In this document: piece after piece, positions 23,605 to 31,596 of the stretch
Position numbering within the stretch: the first letter of the stretch is position 1
How the letters are laid out: every line of letters begins with the position of its first letter
IMG/VR virus record: IMGVR_UViG_3300033067_000550
Span: 1-33,239 of that record
Length of the DNA stretch: 33,239 nt
Strand: one strand, 5' to 3'
DNA from: a virus
Lineage: Duplodnaviria > Caudoviricetes
Made by a program: the position numbers and the translations under genes
The notes under the pieces: model-generated
The model's input: the letters and a program-made list of their open reading frames with translations, nothing else
Told to the model about the DNA's origin: nothing
Databases searched by the model: none

Positions 23605-25076
23605 GCGCGGCTCACTCGTTTCAGGCGTGGGCGCCACACGTCCAGCACGATGGTGCCGCCGGCCTCGGCGAAATCCACGGTGATGCCTTGCTCGCAGGTT
23701 GTCCCGACAGTCGCGCCGACTGTCATGCGACCCGTGCGGCCTACTAGGCTGCCAGGGGTGGCTTGCTCATGATCGGAGTAAGGCAAGGTCTCAGCAGTAG
23801 AGCGCTCCAGCGTGGACGCGGCCACGGCGCTGTTGATCCACATTTCATGCTGGACAGCCTGGATCTTTGCGCCGCCTGAGTAGGTAGCGCCGATGAACGT
23901 GTCCAGCACGTCACCCGTTGCCAGTAGCGTGTAGACGTTGCCGAACTTAAGCAGCAGCTTTGCCGCAGCGCTTGTGTTGCTGACTGTCAGGCGCCAGATG
24001 TTGTATCTGCCGTCAGCGGACGCGACAAGCTCAGTCGTTCCCGTCAACGTGCCGCCAGTCTTGACACAACGGCAAGACGCAGGCACATCGCCAGTAAGGC
24101 CTGAAGAATTGGTGCCACCTGTGCCGATGAAAAACGGATTGGGTAGCAACTGGTCATCGCTCGCGGCAACGCTGTATTTTTCCTCGCCTGACGCGGCCAG
24201 AGGATCGACGAACGTGTAGTCATCCAGCACCGATTGCGCCCACTGGTAGCCGTCTTTGGCTGCGCCCGCATCGTTGATGTGGATGTAGTCATCCGACTGG
24301 ATCAGGCCAGAAATGGCGCTGCCATCACCGCTCGCTTCGTCAAGGTACACCTGACGCGAGTCAACAACCCGCACCAGGGGCAGCGCCGCCAGAGTCTCCA
24401 GCATCCACTTGCGCAGTGCGACCTGCCGCTGCACAAGGGTTGAGCCGAATGATGCGTGGCTGTTTTCCAGAGGTCGCGGCGTACCGATGCGGAAGATCTT
24501 GCCCGCGTCTGTCACCAAGCGGGCTGCGCCAAGAATCGACGCCTTCACCTGCTCGGCGTCATACGTCGCAGCCGCAGCGCCCTGCATGTTGTTGATGCCC
24601 ATTTCAGGCACCCAGATCTCATCCGCCCCAGTTGCAATAGCTGCGGGGATGCGGGCGTAAATCTGCTCCGCCGTGGTGCCGCCCACCTGGTTGCTTTCGA
24701 TGATGCGGACAGCCCCGCCCGCGTAGGCAGCGGCATGGCAGGCGATACCCATATCGCGCAGGCGGGACACACCGTAGAGCGATTTGTTAATTGTGCAGTC
24801 CGCGCGGCTGTCACCTTCAACGCATACCGTCAGTTCACGCTTGAGGGGTTTGCCCTTTTGGCCCCCTGTGTCCAGTGTCTTGCGCGCCGCAATCCCAGGG
24901 CCGCCCGTAGTCGGGTCCTGAGTGAGCCCGCTGTTTTGGGTGTTGTCCGTATCCGCTGCCGCCCTCCCGTCCGCAATCCACTGGCGCGCGATGGCGGGGT
25001 CCACGTCGGGGTTCTCGCCGGCGAATCGGCGTTTGCCATTGGCGTCGTCAAAGGTCTGAAGAATGTTCACCAGCAT
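23601..25076 (-). CDS. SGNH/GDSL-family hydrolase (esterase) with C-terminal beta-rich domain
   Basis: Block I VEGDS, block II VGGTT, block III GINN, block V DYIH (D-x-x-H); GGAG RBS. Confidence 0.8.
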   Translation of the reverse strand: MLVNILQTFDDANGKRRFAGENPDVDPAIARQWIADGRAAADTDNTQNSGLTQDPTTGGPGIAARKTLDTGGQKGKPLKRELTVCVEGDSRADCTINKSLYGVSRLRDMGIACHAAAYAGGAVRIIESNQVGGTTAEQIYARIPAAIATGADEIWVPEMGINNMQGAAAATYDAEQVKASILGAARLVTDAGKIFRIGTPRPLENSHASFGSTLVQRQVALRKWMLETLAALPLVRVVDSRQVYLDEASGDGSAISGLIQSDDYIHINDAGAAKDGYQWAQSVLDDYTFVDPLAASGEEKYSVAASDDQLLPNPFFIGTGGTNSSGLTGDVPASCRCVKTGGTLTGTTELVASADGRYNIWRLTVSNTSAAAKLLLKFGNVYTLLATGDVLDTFIGATYSGGAKIQAVQHEMWINSAVAASTLERSTAETLPYSDHEQATPGSLVGRTGRMTVGATVGTTCEQGITVDFAEAGGTIVLDVWRPRLKRVSRA

Positions 25077-25077
25077 G

Positions 25078-26751
25078 TCAAGCTCCCACGGGCGTGCCGT
25101 ATCCGCTGAAAAGTCCCATCACGTCACTGGCCAGGTTCCCGCCATCGGTGGGGGTCTGGCCCATGTTCTTGGCCGTCTGGCTGGCCATGGCCATTTGCTC
25201 GGCCTGCGCCTGTGCTTGCGCTGCCTGGGCCCGCGCCTTGCGCACGATGGCCACCTTGTCGTCGGCCACGATGATCGAAGGGCTGACGCCCAGCATGTCG
25301 GCGTACTCGTCGGCCCACTTGTCGGCGTCCAGCTTGTCGAGCACGTCGGGTTTCATGCTTGCGATCTGGCCCAGGTTGGCGGCCCAGCGGTCGACGCCGT
25401 TGGTGGCGATGGCCCGCTGTGCCTGCGCCAGCATGCTGACGAACTCGACATTCAGGTCCATGCCCTGCAGTTCGTCCGGTGGTGGTGGCAGGGTGCCTGC
25501 TTCCATCAATGCGTCGAACGTGTCGTCAATCAGCGGCACGTGCAGCTCGCTGGTCAATCGCTCCAGCACCGGGCCCAGCATCAGCATCTTTTCCTCGTGC
25601 CGCTCGGCCACCTCGGTGGCGGTCATTTGCGGGCTCGTGCTGTTGGCCAGCATCAGGAAAAGGTTGGTGTGGAAAGCCTTGTCAATGCGATCGCGCACGT
25701 CCTGGATGTCACCCAGCAGGTAATCCAGTCGCAGGTTCACGTCGAACGCAGTGCGGATGCCTGCACCCGGCCCGGCCATGTCCACGTAGGAGGTGCCCCC
25801 TGGCAGGGTGTCGATCACCGAGCCCTTGGGCGCCTGCACGGGAGGCAGGACCATGTAGTCGATGCCTTGACCCTTGCGCAGTTGCTGGTGCTGCAGTTGC
25901 TTGGAGTCGCCCAGTGCGTCCATGCCGGGGCTGTGCCCGTACACGTCACCACCGGCTACCGCCCAGCGTGCAGCGAGCCCGCGGAACTTCTTGTATCCCG
26001 AGGTGCGCAGGGGCTTGCCGTTGTTGCTGTCTCGTTCGTAGTAGACCGAGGCATACGGCATGTTCAGCGAATCGCGCTTCGTGGGGTCGCGGTCATAGCG
26101 CGGCTCGATGCAGTGCAGCAGGGGCACCCACGCGTCGAGCAGCTTGCGCTGGTACATGCCCTTGACCGTGTTGCTGCAGTTCTCCAGCCCGAACTCGATG
26201 ACCAACTGGCGCACCGTCACCTCGAACTCGCGATAGAGGCAATCCACCTCACCGCGCCAGTTGGTCGCGATGCAGAACTCCCCGATGGTCATGGGGTGCA
26301 GGTGGATGACGTTGCGGTAATCGCGCTGGTTGATGCACGTCCAGGTGCCGAACACACCCAACTCTTCGTAACCGGTGTGCAGAACTCTGTACACGTTGGA
26401 CTTGTGGAACACCCGCAGCATTTGCTTGGTGACCGCATCCAGCCACAGCTTGACCGGGCCGTACTTGTTGAGGTCCTGGTCGGGCGTGGCCATCTTGAAC
26501 CACGGGCGGGCCGGGCTGGACATGCCGGCCATCAAGCCCGAGCCCAGCGTGCCCTTGGCCAGCAGGCCCGTGTTGTCAATGATGTCGTTGTGCCGCTTGT
26601 CGCCGCGGTTGCGGTCGGTGGTCTGGAAACGACCGGCGCGCGGCATGAACTGCGCAGACAGGTCTTTCCAATGCGCGTCCCACGTCGAGCGTTCCGACTT
26701 GAGGGCCGCCCAGCGTTTGAGGTAGTCCGTGCGCTGCTCGATGCTGTCCAT
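25078..26751 (-). CDS. Portal protein (head-tail connector, Bbp21-like)
   Basis: SPARPWF, SN.Y, GVFGT, RW.......YG.SPG..ALGD, MTATEVAER.EEK.LMLGPVLERL motifs; 557 aa. Confidence 0.93.
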   Translation of the reverse strand: MDSIEQRTDYLKRWAALKSERSTWDAHWKDLSAQFMPRAGRFQTTDRNRGDKRHNDIIDNTGLLAKGTLGSGLMAGMSSPARPWFKMATPDQDLNKYGPVKLWLDAVTKQMLRVFHKSNVYRVLHTGYEELGVFGTWTCINQRDYRNVIHLHPMTIGEFCIATNWRGEVDCLYREFEVTVRQLVIEFGLENCSNTVKGMYQRKLLDAWVPLLHCIEPRYDRDPTKRDSLNMPYASVYYERDSNNGKPLRTSGYKKFRGLAARWAVAGGDVYGHSPGMDALGDSKQLQHQQLRKGQGIDYMVLPPVQAPKGSVIDTLPGGTSYVDMAGPGAGIRTAFDVNLRLDYLLGDIQDVRDRIDKAFHTNLFLMLANSTSPQMTATEVAERHEEKMLMLGPVLERLTSELHVPLIDDTFDALMEAGTLPPPPDELQGMDLNVEFVSMLAQAQRAIATNGVDRWAANLGQIASMKPDVLDKLDADKWADEYADMLGVSPSIIVADDKVAIVRKARAQAAQAQAQAEQMAMASQTAKNMGQTPTDGGNLASDVMGLFSGYGTPVGA

Positions 26752-27059
26752 CAGGCCCCCAGCAAGGTGTTGCGGCCCAGGGTCAGCTTGCTTGTGTCAA
26801 CCCCGCCCGGCCCGGTCAGCATGGTCGAGCCGACACCGCCCGGGGCTTGGTTGCCCGCCAGTAGTGCCGCGATGTTGGGCGTCTTGGCGTTGGCCCGGTT
26901 GCTGGCCTGGTCCGCGAGGTCCGCCTGCTTGCGCGACATCTCCAGTGTGGTCTTTTGGTACGCGCGCTGCTGCTGATTGGCCTTGTTGGCCTGATAGCCC
27001 TGGTATCCGACATAGGCCCCAGCGGCGACCACGGCGACAGCGGCCATTGCGAAAGCCAT
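26751..27059 (-). CDS. Small virion/tail assembly protein upstream of portal
   Basis: Hydrophobic N-terminus and STMLTG..GV....L......TLLG C-terminus typical of the gene before the portal in this phage group; GGAGG RBS. Confidence 0.75.
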   Translation of the reverse strand: MAFAMAAVAVVAAGAYVGYQGYQANKANQQQRAYQKTTLEMSRKQADLADQASNRANAKTPNIAALLAGNQAPGGVGSTMLTGPGGVDTSKLTLGRNTLLGA

Positions 27060-27061
27060 GA

Positions 27062-27529
27062 TCAGTCCTCCAGAGCCAGATCGGCCGCGTATTCGATGCC
27101 CTGCCGACGGGTCTGCAGACCATCAGCCTCGTGTGTCATCTCGTCTTCGATGGCCGCAGGCTCGGTCTGGTCCGTGCGCCACATCGTGATCCACAGCGTG
27201 GGGGCCAGGGTCTTGCCCATGCGCTTGGCGCCCTTGTTGGCTGGCAGCAGGTGAAAGCCCGTGAGCCGGCGCGGCCCTTGGTCCGTGGTCACCTCGATGT
27301 CGCCGAGCACCGCGCAAAGGTTGTCCAGGTTCGTCTGCGCACCGGTTAGGACCGTGTCCGCAGGAATCAGGATGGCCCGTGAGCAGATCCCACCGTGCGC
27401 GGCCTGCGTCGTGTGCAGGTCGATCTGGGGCAGTTGCAGCATCAGCTGCTCGATGGCGCGCACTGCGTCAGGGTCGGGCGCGCCGGCCAGCATGTGCACA
27501 GGGTCAACGATCTGCAGCTCGGTGTTCAT
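27062..27529 (-). CDS. Conserved phage hypothetical protein (cupin-like beta fold)
   Basis: Likely start ATG 27529; HGG...R.I.IPA...LTGA...GDI.V.T..G..RLTG...A..G.KR motif. Confidence 0.7.
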   Translation of the reverse strand: MNTELQIVDPVHMLAGAPDPDAVRAIEQLMLQLPQIDLHTTQAAHGGICSRAILIPADTVLTGAQTNLDNLCAVLGDIEVTTDQGPRRLTGFHLLPANKGAKRMGKTLAPTLWITMWRTDQTEPAAIEDEMTHEADGLQTRRQGIEYAADLALED

Positions 27530-27536
27530 GCCCCGC

Positions 27537-27568
27537 AATGTCGGCCCCCCGGCCCCGGGCATGTGCAC
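27537..27568 (-). promoter_or_regulatory. Putative late promoter D (GTGCAC-N20-GACATT)
   Basis: Intergenic after terL; hexamer ends 7 nt before ATG 27529. Confidence 0.7.
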
Positions 27569-27571
27569 GCC

Positions 27572-29113
27572 CTACGCGTAAGGGTTGTGCTCGGTTCGGC
27601 GTTTGCGGACCGCTGCGGGCTGCTTGTCGTCGGGTGGCGCGTGCTCGGGCACGGGATCAGCGAACGTGAGGGCCAGGGCGTCACCATCGTCGGGGCTGGC
27701 AAGGCCCCGCGCTTTCATGTCGTCCTTGGATTCCAGTTGGATCTGGTCCTTGACCGTGTACCAGTACTCCACCGCTGTCAGGTCCGTGGCCAGGTTCTCG
27801 TCGCGCTCGACACAACCCACTGCCAGCCAGTCGCGCATGCTGCCCCACATCTCGGCGCGCCGATTCAGGTACTTGCGGGGCTCGCGCGGTGCGCCGCCGA
27901 ACGACACCTCGATCACGTCGTACTCAAGCTGGCGCAGGCGATCGACCACGCCGCCGCCCACGCCGCCGCCGTCCACGAACACGACGACCTGCAGGCCCAG
28001 GCCGCGCAGGTAATTGATGTGCTCGGCCACCCGGGCAGCCAGTTGCATGGTGTCGATGCCCCGGAACCGCTTGGGGCTGATGCTGCGCGCGTCCCGGCCC
28101 ACCCGGGTGCGGATCACAGACTGGTCATCGCCAAAACGCGCCACATCGACGCCGACGCATGCGGTGCGGCCTACCCATTGGGTTGCCTCCGTTTGCCGCT
28201 TGGCGGCCTCATCCACAAGCCCGCGGGCTATGAACTGCTGGCTCGATGCGTTGGGGAACACGCCGCGCACCCGAACCTTCACAAAGTCGGAGTCCTCGCC
28301 GTAGTCCTCGGCCCACTTGGCCAGCAGCACCTTGTTGGTGATCTGCACGGTGCGGCTGTCGATCTGGCGCGTGTTCCAGCGGTGGCGCTGCTTGCCAAAG
28401 CACTCGGCGAACGCGCCGGTGTTTCGGGTCGGGTTCCCGAACACGAAGTGCATGGGCTCGCCGTCGGTCTTGCCGCCCTCGGCCACTTCCCAGATTTTCG
28501 CGGGGATGGCCGAGGCTTCATCGAACAGGTACCAGGGGGTAGAACTCGCTGCGTGCAGGCCGGCGAACGATTCGCTGTTCTCTTCACGGCAGGTCTGCGC
28601 ATCCACGCGCCACGTGTCGGGGTGCTGGTTGTGCACCATGCGCATGGCGCCCTTGCCCGTGGTGATGTCGAACCAGTGGCCCGTGATACATCGCGCTTTC
28701 CAGGCGGCCACGCCTGCCCAGGTCTTGGATGCGAGCTGCTCGCCCGTGTTGGCAGTCACCACGCCCTTGGAGTGGGGCCGGGTGGACATGATCCACAGCG
28801 TGAGCCAGGCGGACATGGCCGACTTGCCGATCCCGTGGCCCGAGGACACTGCGTACTGGATCGGCTCGACTGCGTGGACGCCATCGAAGCCCCGGGCCCT
28901 CACGTCGTTGCCGATCGACTCCAGCATCTCGCAGGCCCACAGGTCCGGGCCGAATTCGCAGTCGTATTGCATGCGGTAGGACGCAGGCAGGCGGACCACT
29001 TGCAGGGCCGGGTCGGTGTCCCAGGGGAAGGCGTAGAGGACGAAGCCCAGCGGGTCGTCGTAGAACCTGGCCATGTCTTCGGCCAGCGTCGCGTCAGGGG
29101 ATTGATCAGCCAC
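27572..29113 (-). CDS. terL: Terminase large subunit
   Basis: Likely start GTG 29113; SGHGIGKS Walker A, LFDEAS Walker B, FGNPT, GVDVARFGDD nuclease motif, SPDDGDALALTF. Confidence 0.95.
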   Translation of the reverse strand: MADQSPDATLAEDMARFYDDPLGFVLYAFPWDTDPALQVVRLPASYRMQYDCEFGPDLWACEMLESIGNDVRARGFDGVHAVEPIQYAVSSGHGIGKSAMSAWLTLWIMSTRPHSKGVVTANTGEQLASKTWAGVAAWKARCITGHWFDITTGKGAMRMVHNQHPDTWRVDAQTCREENSESFAGLHAASSTPWYLFDEASAIPAKIWEVAEGGKTDGEPMHFVFGNPTRNTGAFAECFGKQRHRWNTRQIDSRTVQITNKVLLAKWAEDYGEDSDFVKVRVRGVFPNASSQQFIARGLVDEAAKRQTEATQWVGRTACVGVDVARFGDDQSVIRTRVGRDARSISPKRFRGIDTMQLAARVAEHINYLRGLGLQVVVFVDGGGVGGGVVDRLRQLEYDVIEVSFGGAPREPRKYLNRRAEMWGSMRDWLAVGCVERDENLATDLTAVEYWYTVKDQIQLESKDDMKARGLASPDDGDALALTFADPVPEHAPPDDKQPAAVRKRRTEHNPYA

Positions 29114-29546
29114 CGCGTTTACGTGCGGCCAGGATGGCCTGGGCCACGTCGATCTGGCCACTGTGCTCTATCTGCTGCTTGTCGCCGTACTTCTTGGGCG
29201 CCAGTTTGGACAGGTACCACTTGCGGGCGTCGACCTGCAGCCTGCGGTGTTCGACCATGTCGCCCTCGGTGACTTCCAAGCCCGTCACCTTGCTCACGGA
29301 CTTCGTGCCGATCTGCGGGGTGTCAGCTATCGCGACAAGCTCCTCGGCCATGGCGTCCAGTCCAATGTCCCTTGCACGCGCATATTGCGCAGCAAAGCCA
29401 CTCACATCATCGACCACCCACAGCCGCACAGTGGCCTCGGGAGGCATACCGTCCTCGCGACAAATGGCGCGCAGCGAAAGGCCAGCGGCCAGTTGTTCGC
29501 AGATTTTTGCAGCCAGTTCAGCGGTGAAGGTCGAAGGGCGTCCCAT
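29106..29546 (-). CDS. terS: Terminase small subunit
   Basis: MGRPS.F...IC..LA.G.SLRAIC...MP...TV..W HTH; RLQVDARKW.LSKL.PKKYGDK motif. Confidence 0.9.
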   Translation of the reverse strand: MGRPSTFTAELAAKICEQLAAGLSLRAICREDGMPPEATVRLWVVDDVSGFAAQYARARDIGLDAMAEELVAIADTPQIGTKSVSKVTGLEVTEGDMVEHRRLQVDARKWYLSKLAPKKYGDKQQIEHSGQIDVAQAILAARKRGG

Positions 29547-29554
29547 AGGGGCGA

Positions 29555-29586
29555 ACTCTCAGACCAGTGGCTCAGGGCATGTGCAC
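29555..29586 (-). promoter_or_regulatory. Putative late promoter B (GTGCAC-N20-GAGAGT)
   Basis: Hexamer ends 8 nt before the terS ATG; shares GTGCACATGCCCTGA-N10-TGAGA with promoter A. Confidence 0.7.
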
Positions 29587-29820
29587 GGTCGCGAAGTCCT
29601 TGGCCGTCTGGTTGCGTTGCTTGCCCCGGCAAATGTTCCCGGCCTGCGACTTCGAGATGTCGAACACGTCGGCCAGGCGGGCATAGCTCCAGAACTCGGG
29701 ATCGGACTCGCGAAGCTCCAGCAGGTGATCCACCTCGCGGTCGGTCAGCTTCGCACGGGGGTGGTCATCCCCGATCCGCAGACCGTGATCGTTGACCTTG
29801 ACCACGCGGTCGGCCATCAC
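29572..29820 (-). CDS. Small helix-turn-helix DNA-binding protein
   Basis: G.DHP.AKLTD.EV...SYARLADVFDISKSQAGNIC HTH pattern; GAGG upstream. Confidence 0.75.
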   Translation of the reverse strand: MMADRVVKVNDHGLRIGDDHPRAKLTDREVDHLLELRESDPEFWSYARLADVFDISKSQAGNICRGKQRNQTAKDFATVHMP

Positions 29821-29834
29821 TCAGCCACCTCGCA

Positions 29835-30070
29835 AAATTCTGCACGTTTCTCCAGTGTGCAGAATTTAGCGTGCACCAATGCACCACCCACGAAGTGGTG
29901 CACTCCAGGGGCAAACAGACCCCTGCACCTGCACCAACTGGGCCCCTCACCCCTTGCACCACTGTGGGGGGATGTCCTTGACATACACCCCCCCTCACTG
30001 GTGCATGAAACAGGGTTGATTACTACGCACCAATTGCACCGAATGGTGCGTGAATGGTGCAATTGGTGCA
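29835..30070. repeat. TGCAC/GTGCA repeat cluster with inverted repeats (candidate replication origin or packaging/regulatory region)
   Basis: About a dozen TGCAC/GTGCA words; perfect IRs 29835-29845/29857-29867 (11 bp) and 30027-30040/30056-30069 (14 bp); A-rich tract follows at about 30078-30090. Confidence 0.65.
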
Positions 30071-30148
30071 GCAGCGAAACAATAAAAAAGTGAACACGTA
30101 CCATAAGAAGCACCACTACAATAGGTGATTCATCGGAAAAGGAACCTC

Positions 30149-30691
30149 ATGCAGATCGAACCAGCCCTCGGCACCCTGGCGGTGCTGCCTGACCAGAGAG
30201 TCGCCACCCTGACCGCCATCGAGCCCTACACCCGGCGCGATGGCGCTGCGTCCGCCATCCTCACCTGGACGATGAAGTGCGCGACGTGCAGCGCCCCGTA
30301 CACCGTCACCACGGGCCGCGAGGGCCCCGCCAGTCGCAACCTGAAAATAAAGAACTGCCCGGCCCACCGCGCGAACTGGGCTGAGATCGTTGAGCGAAAC
30401 CGCAAAATCGGGGAGGCCAATCGCAAGCGCAAGGCCACGGTGAAAGCCAGCAAGGCAGCCGTACGCGAAGCCCAAAAGGCCGCGCGGCAGGTAGCGATGG
30501 CCGAGCAAGCCGCCGCCAAAGCGGCCCGTGCCAACCCCCTCGGCCACCCAAAGCGCAAGCTGTCCGATGAAGACGTGGCCGAGATCCGCGCGCTGTCCTT
30601 GGAGGGGTTCAGCTCGGGCGAGCTGGCCCTGGTCTTCCCGGTGTCCAGCTCGGCGATCCGCAATATCCTGGGCGGCAGGCGCAGGGCTTGA
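30149..30691 (+). CDS. Basic DNA-binding hypothetical protein with CxxC and C-terminal HTH
   Basis: Likely start ATG 30149 after AAAGGA; CATC, Lys/Ala-rich helix, KLSDEDVAEIR...ELALVF.VS.SAIRNIL.G HTH; opposite strand to neighbours. Confidence 0.65.
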   Translation: MQIEPALGTLAVLPDQRVATLTAIEPYTRRDGAASAILTWTMKCATCSAPYTVTTGREGPASRNLKIKNCPAHRANWAEIVERNRKIGEANRKRKATVKASKAAVREAQKAARQVAMAEQAAAKAARANPLGHPKRKLSDEDVAEIRALSLEGFSSGELALVFPVSSSAIRNILGGRRRA

Positions 30692-30702
30692 AAGCATTGT
30701 GC

Positions 30703-31596
30703 TCACTCCATCACCGCTTCAATGAACACGATGGCCGCTTCGGCGTTGATCGCGTTGCCGTAGGCGCGCAGGCGTCCCACTCGGGCGGGAGCCCCATGAG
30801 CCAGCGGGAATGTGCCGGGTTCAACTGGCCGCCACTTGCCATCCCGGCACAATAGCCAGTCAGCATCTCGCCAGAAGCCGTTAGTCGGGCCGGTGTCGCG
30901 GAGTAAACCTGGACCCTCAAATTGCCCTCGCTCCGGTTCGCCTCCGATAGCGACAGGCTGGCATGCTTGGAGTCCTGCACCACAGGCGTGCCCCAACCCG
31001 CAAGTTTTGCCATTTCGTTCAACGGTCGCGAGTTGTGCGTCAGTTCGTTGCCCGGGTCGTTTGCCCCCTTGAAGTCCCTGGCCTGCGGCGTGGGCCACCC
31101 AGTAGAGTCGGTCGCGGATGTGCGGCGCACCGATGCCCGCAGACGGGAACGGGACCGCCCCGAAGGCGTAACCCAGGGCTTCCATGTCAGTGTGTACAAG
31201 GTCGATCCAAGGGTCTGCGTCTTTGCTCGCAACCTGCTCTCCAAGGATGACTGAAGGCTTGCACTGCTCGATGAGGTAGTGCCAGAGCGGCCAAAGATGC
31301 CGCTGGTCAGCAAACCCCAGTCCCTTACCTGCCGCGCTGAAAGGTTGACAAGGGCAGGAGCCGGTCCATATGGGTTTGTCGTCGGGCCATCCTGCTCGGC
31401 GCAGGGCGTAGGACCACACGCCGACTCCGGCGAAGAAGTGGCATTGTGTGTATCCGGCGAGGTCTGAAGGTCGAACATCCTCGATGCTCCTTGTGTCAAC
31501 GTCCCCGGGTGCGATCTCGCCGGCGACAATCAGATTGCGCAGCCACTCGGCTGCATTGGGGTCGATCTCGTTGTAGTAGTTCTTTTTCTTCGTCAC
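30703..31596 (-). CDS. DNA cytosine-5 methyltransferase (alpha-like polypeptide)
   Basis: FFAGVG (motif I), GSCPCQPFS (IV), GEQV (VI variant), [10 protein letters not shown] (VIII), RLRAYGNAI (X); no recognisable motif IX in this frame. Confidence 0.9.
   Translation of the reverse strand: MTKKKNYYNEIDPNAAEWLRNLIVAGEIAPGDVDTRSIEDVRPSDLAGYTQCHFFAGVGVWSYALRRAGWPDDKPIWTGSCPCQPFSAAGKGLGFADQRHLWPLWHYLIEQCKPSVILGEQVASKDADPWIDLVHTDMEALGYAFGAVPFPSAGIGAPHIRDRLYWVAHAAGQGLQGGKRPGQRTDAQLATVERNGKTCGLGHACGAGLQACQPVAIGGEPERGQFEGPGLLRDTGPTNGFWRDADWLLCRDGKWRPVEPGTFPLAHGAPARVGRLRAYGNAINAEAAIVFIEAVME
30711..31478 (-). CDS. Nested alternate-frame ORF: putative methyltransferase beta polypeptide
   Basis: ATG 31478 with GGAG 8 nt upstream; [11 protein letters not shown] and WGTP..QDSK TRD-like motifs; [18 protein letters not shown] resembles C5-MTase motif IX. 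Confidence 0.65.
   Translation of the reverse strand: MFDLQTSPDTHNATSSPESACGPTPCAEQDGPTTNPYGPAPALVNLSARQVRDWGLLTSGIFGRSGTTSSSSASLQSSLESRLRAKTQTLGSTLYTLTWKPWVTPSGRSRSRLRASVRRTSATDSTGWPTPQARDFKGANDPGNELTHNSRPLNEMAKLAGWGTPVVQDSKHASLSLSEANRSEGNLRVQVYSATPARLTASGEMLTGYCAGMASGGQLNPAHSRWLMGLPPEWDACAPTATRSTPKRPSCSLKR

Noticed and set aside
27468-27499. Sixth GTGCACATGC match
   Set aside because: Inside a CDS, and the hexamer 20 nt downstream (CCCTGA) does not fit xAxAxT.
25063-29272. Long + strand ORFs 25063..26976 and 27395..29272
   Set aside because: Antisense to portal and terL.
29835-30070. CRISPR array
   Set aside because: Repeats are 5-14 bp, irregularly spaced and in both orientations; no cas genes.
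29817-30116. 99-aa - strand ORF over the TGCAC cluster
   Set aside because: Cys/His/Trp content reflects the repeats and there is no motif; better explained as non-coding, although the GTGA overlap at its end leaves a short ORF possible.
30116-30706. 196-aa - strand ORF
   Set aside because: Overlaps the + strand gene that has an RBS and a recognisable HTH; it has no motif itself despite the ATGA overlap with the methyltransferase.
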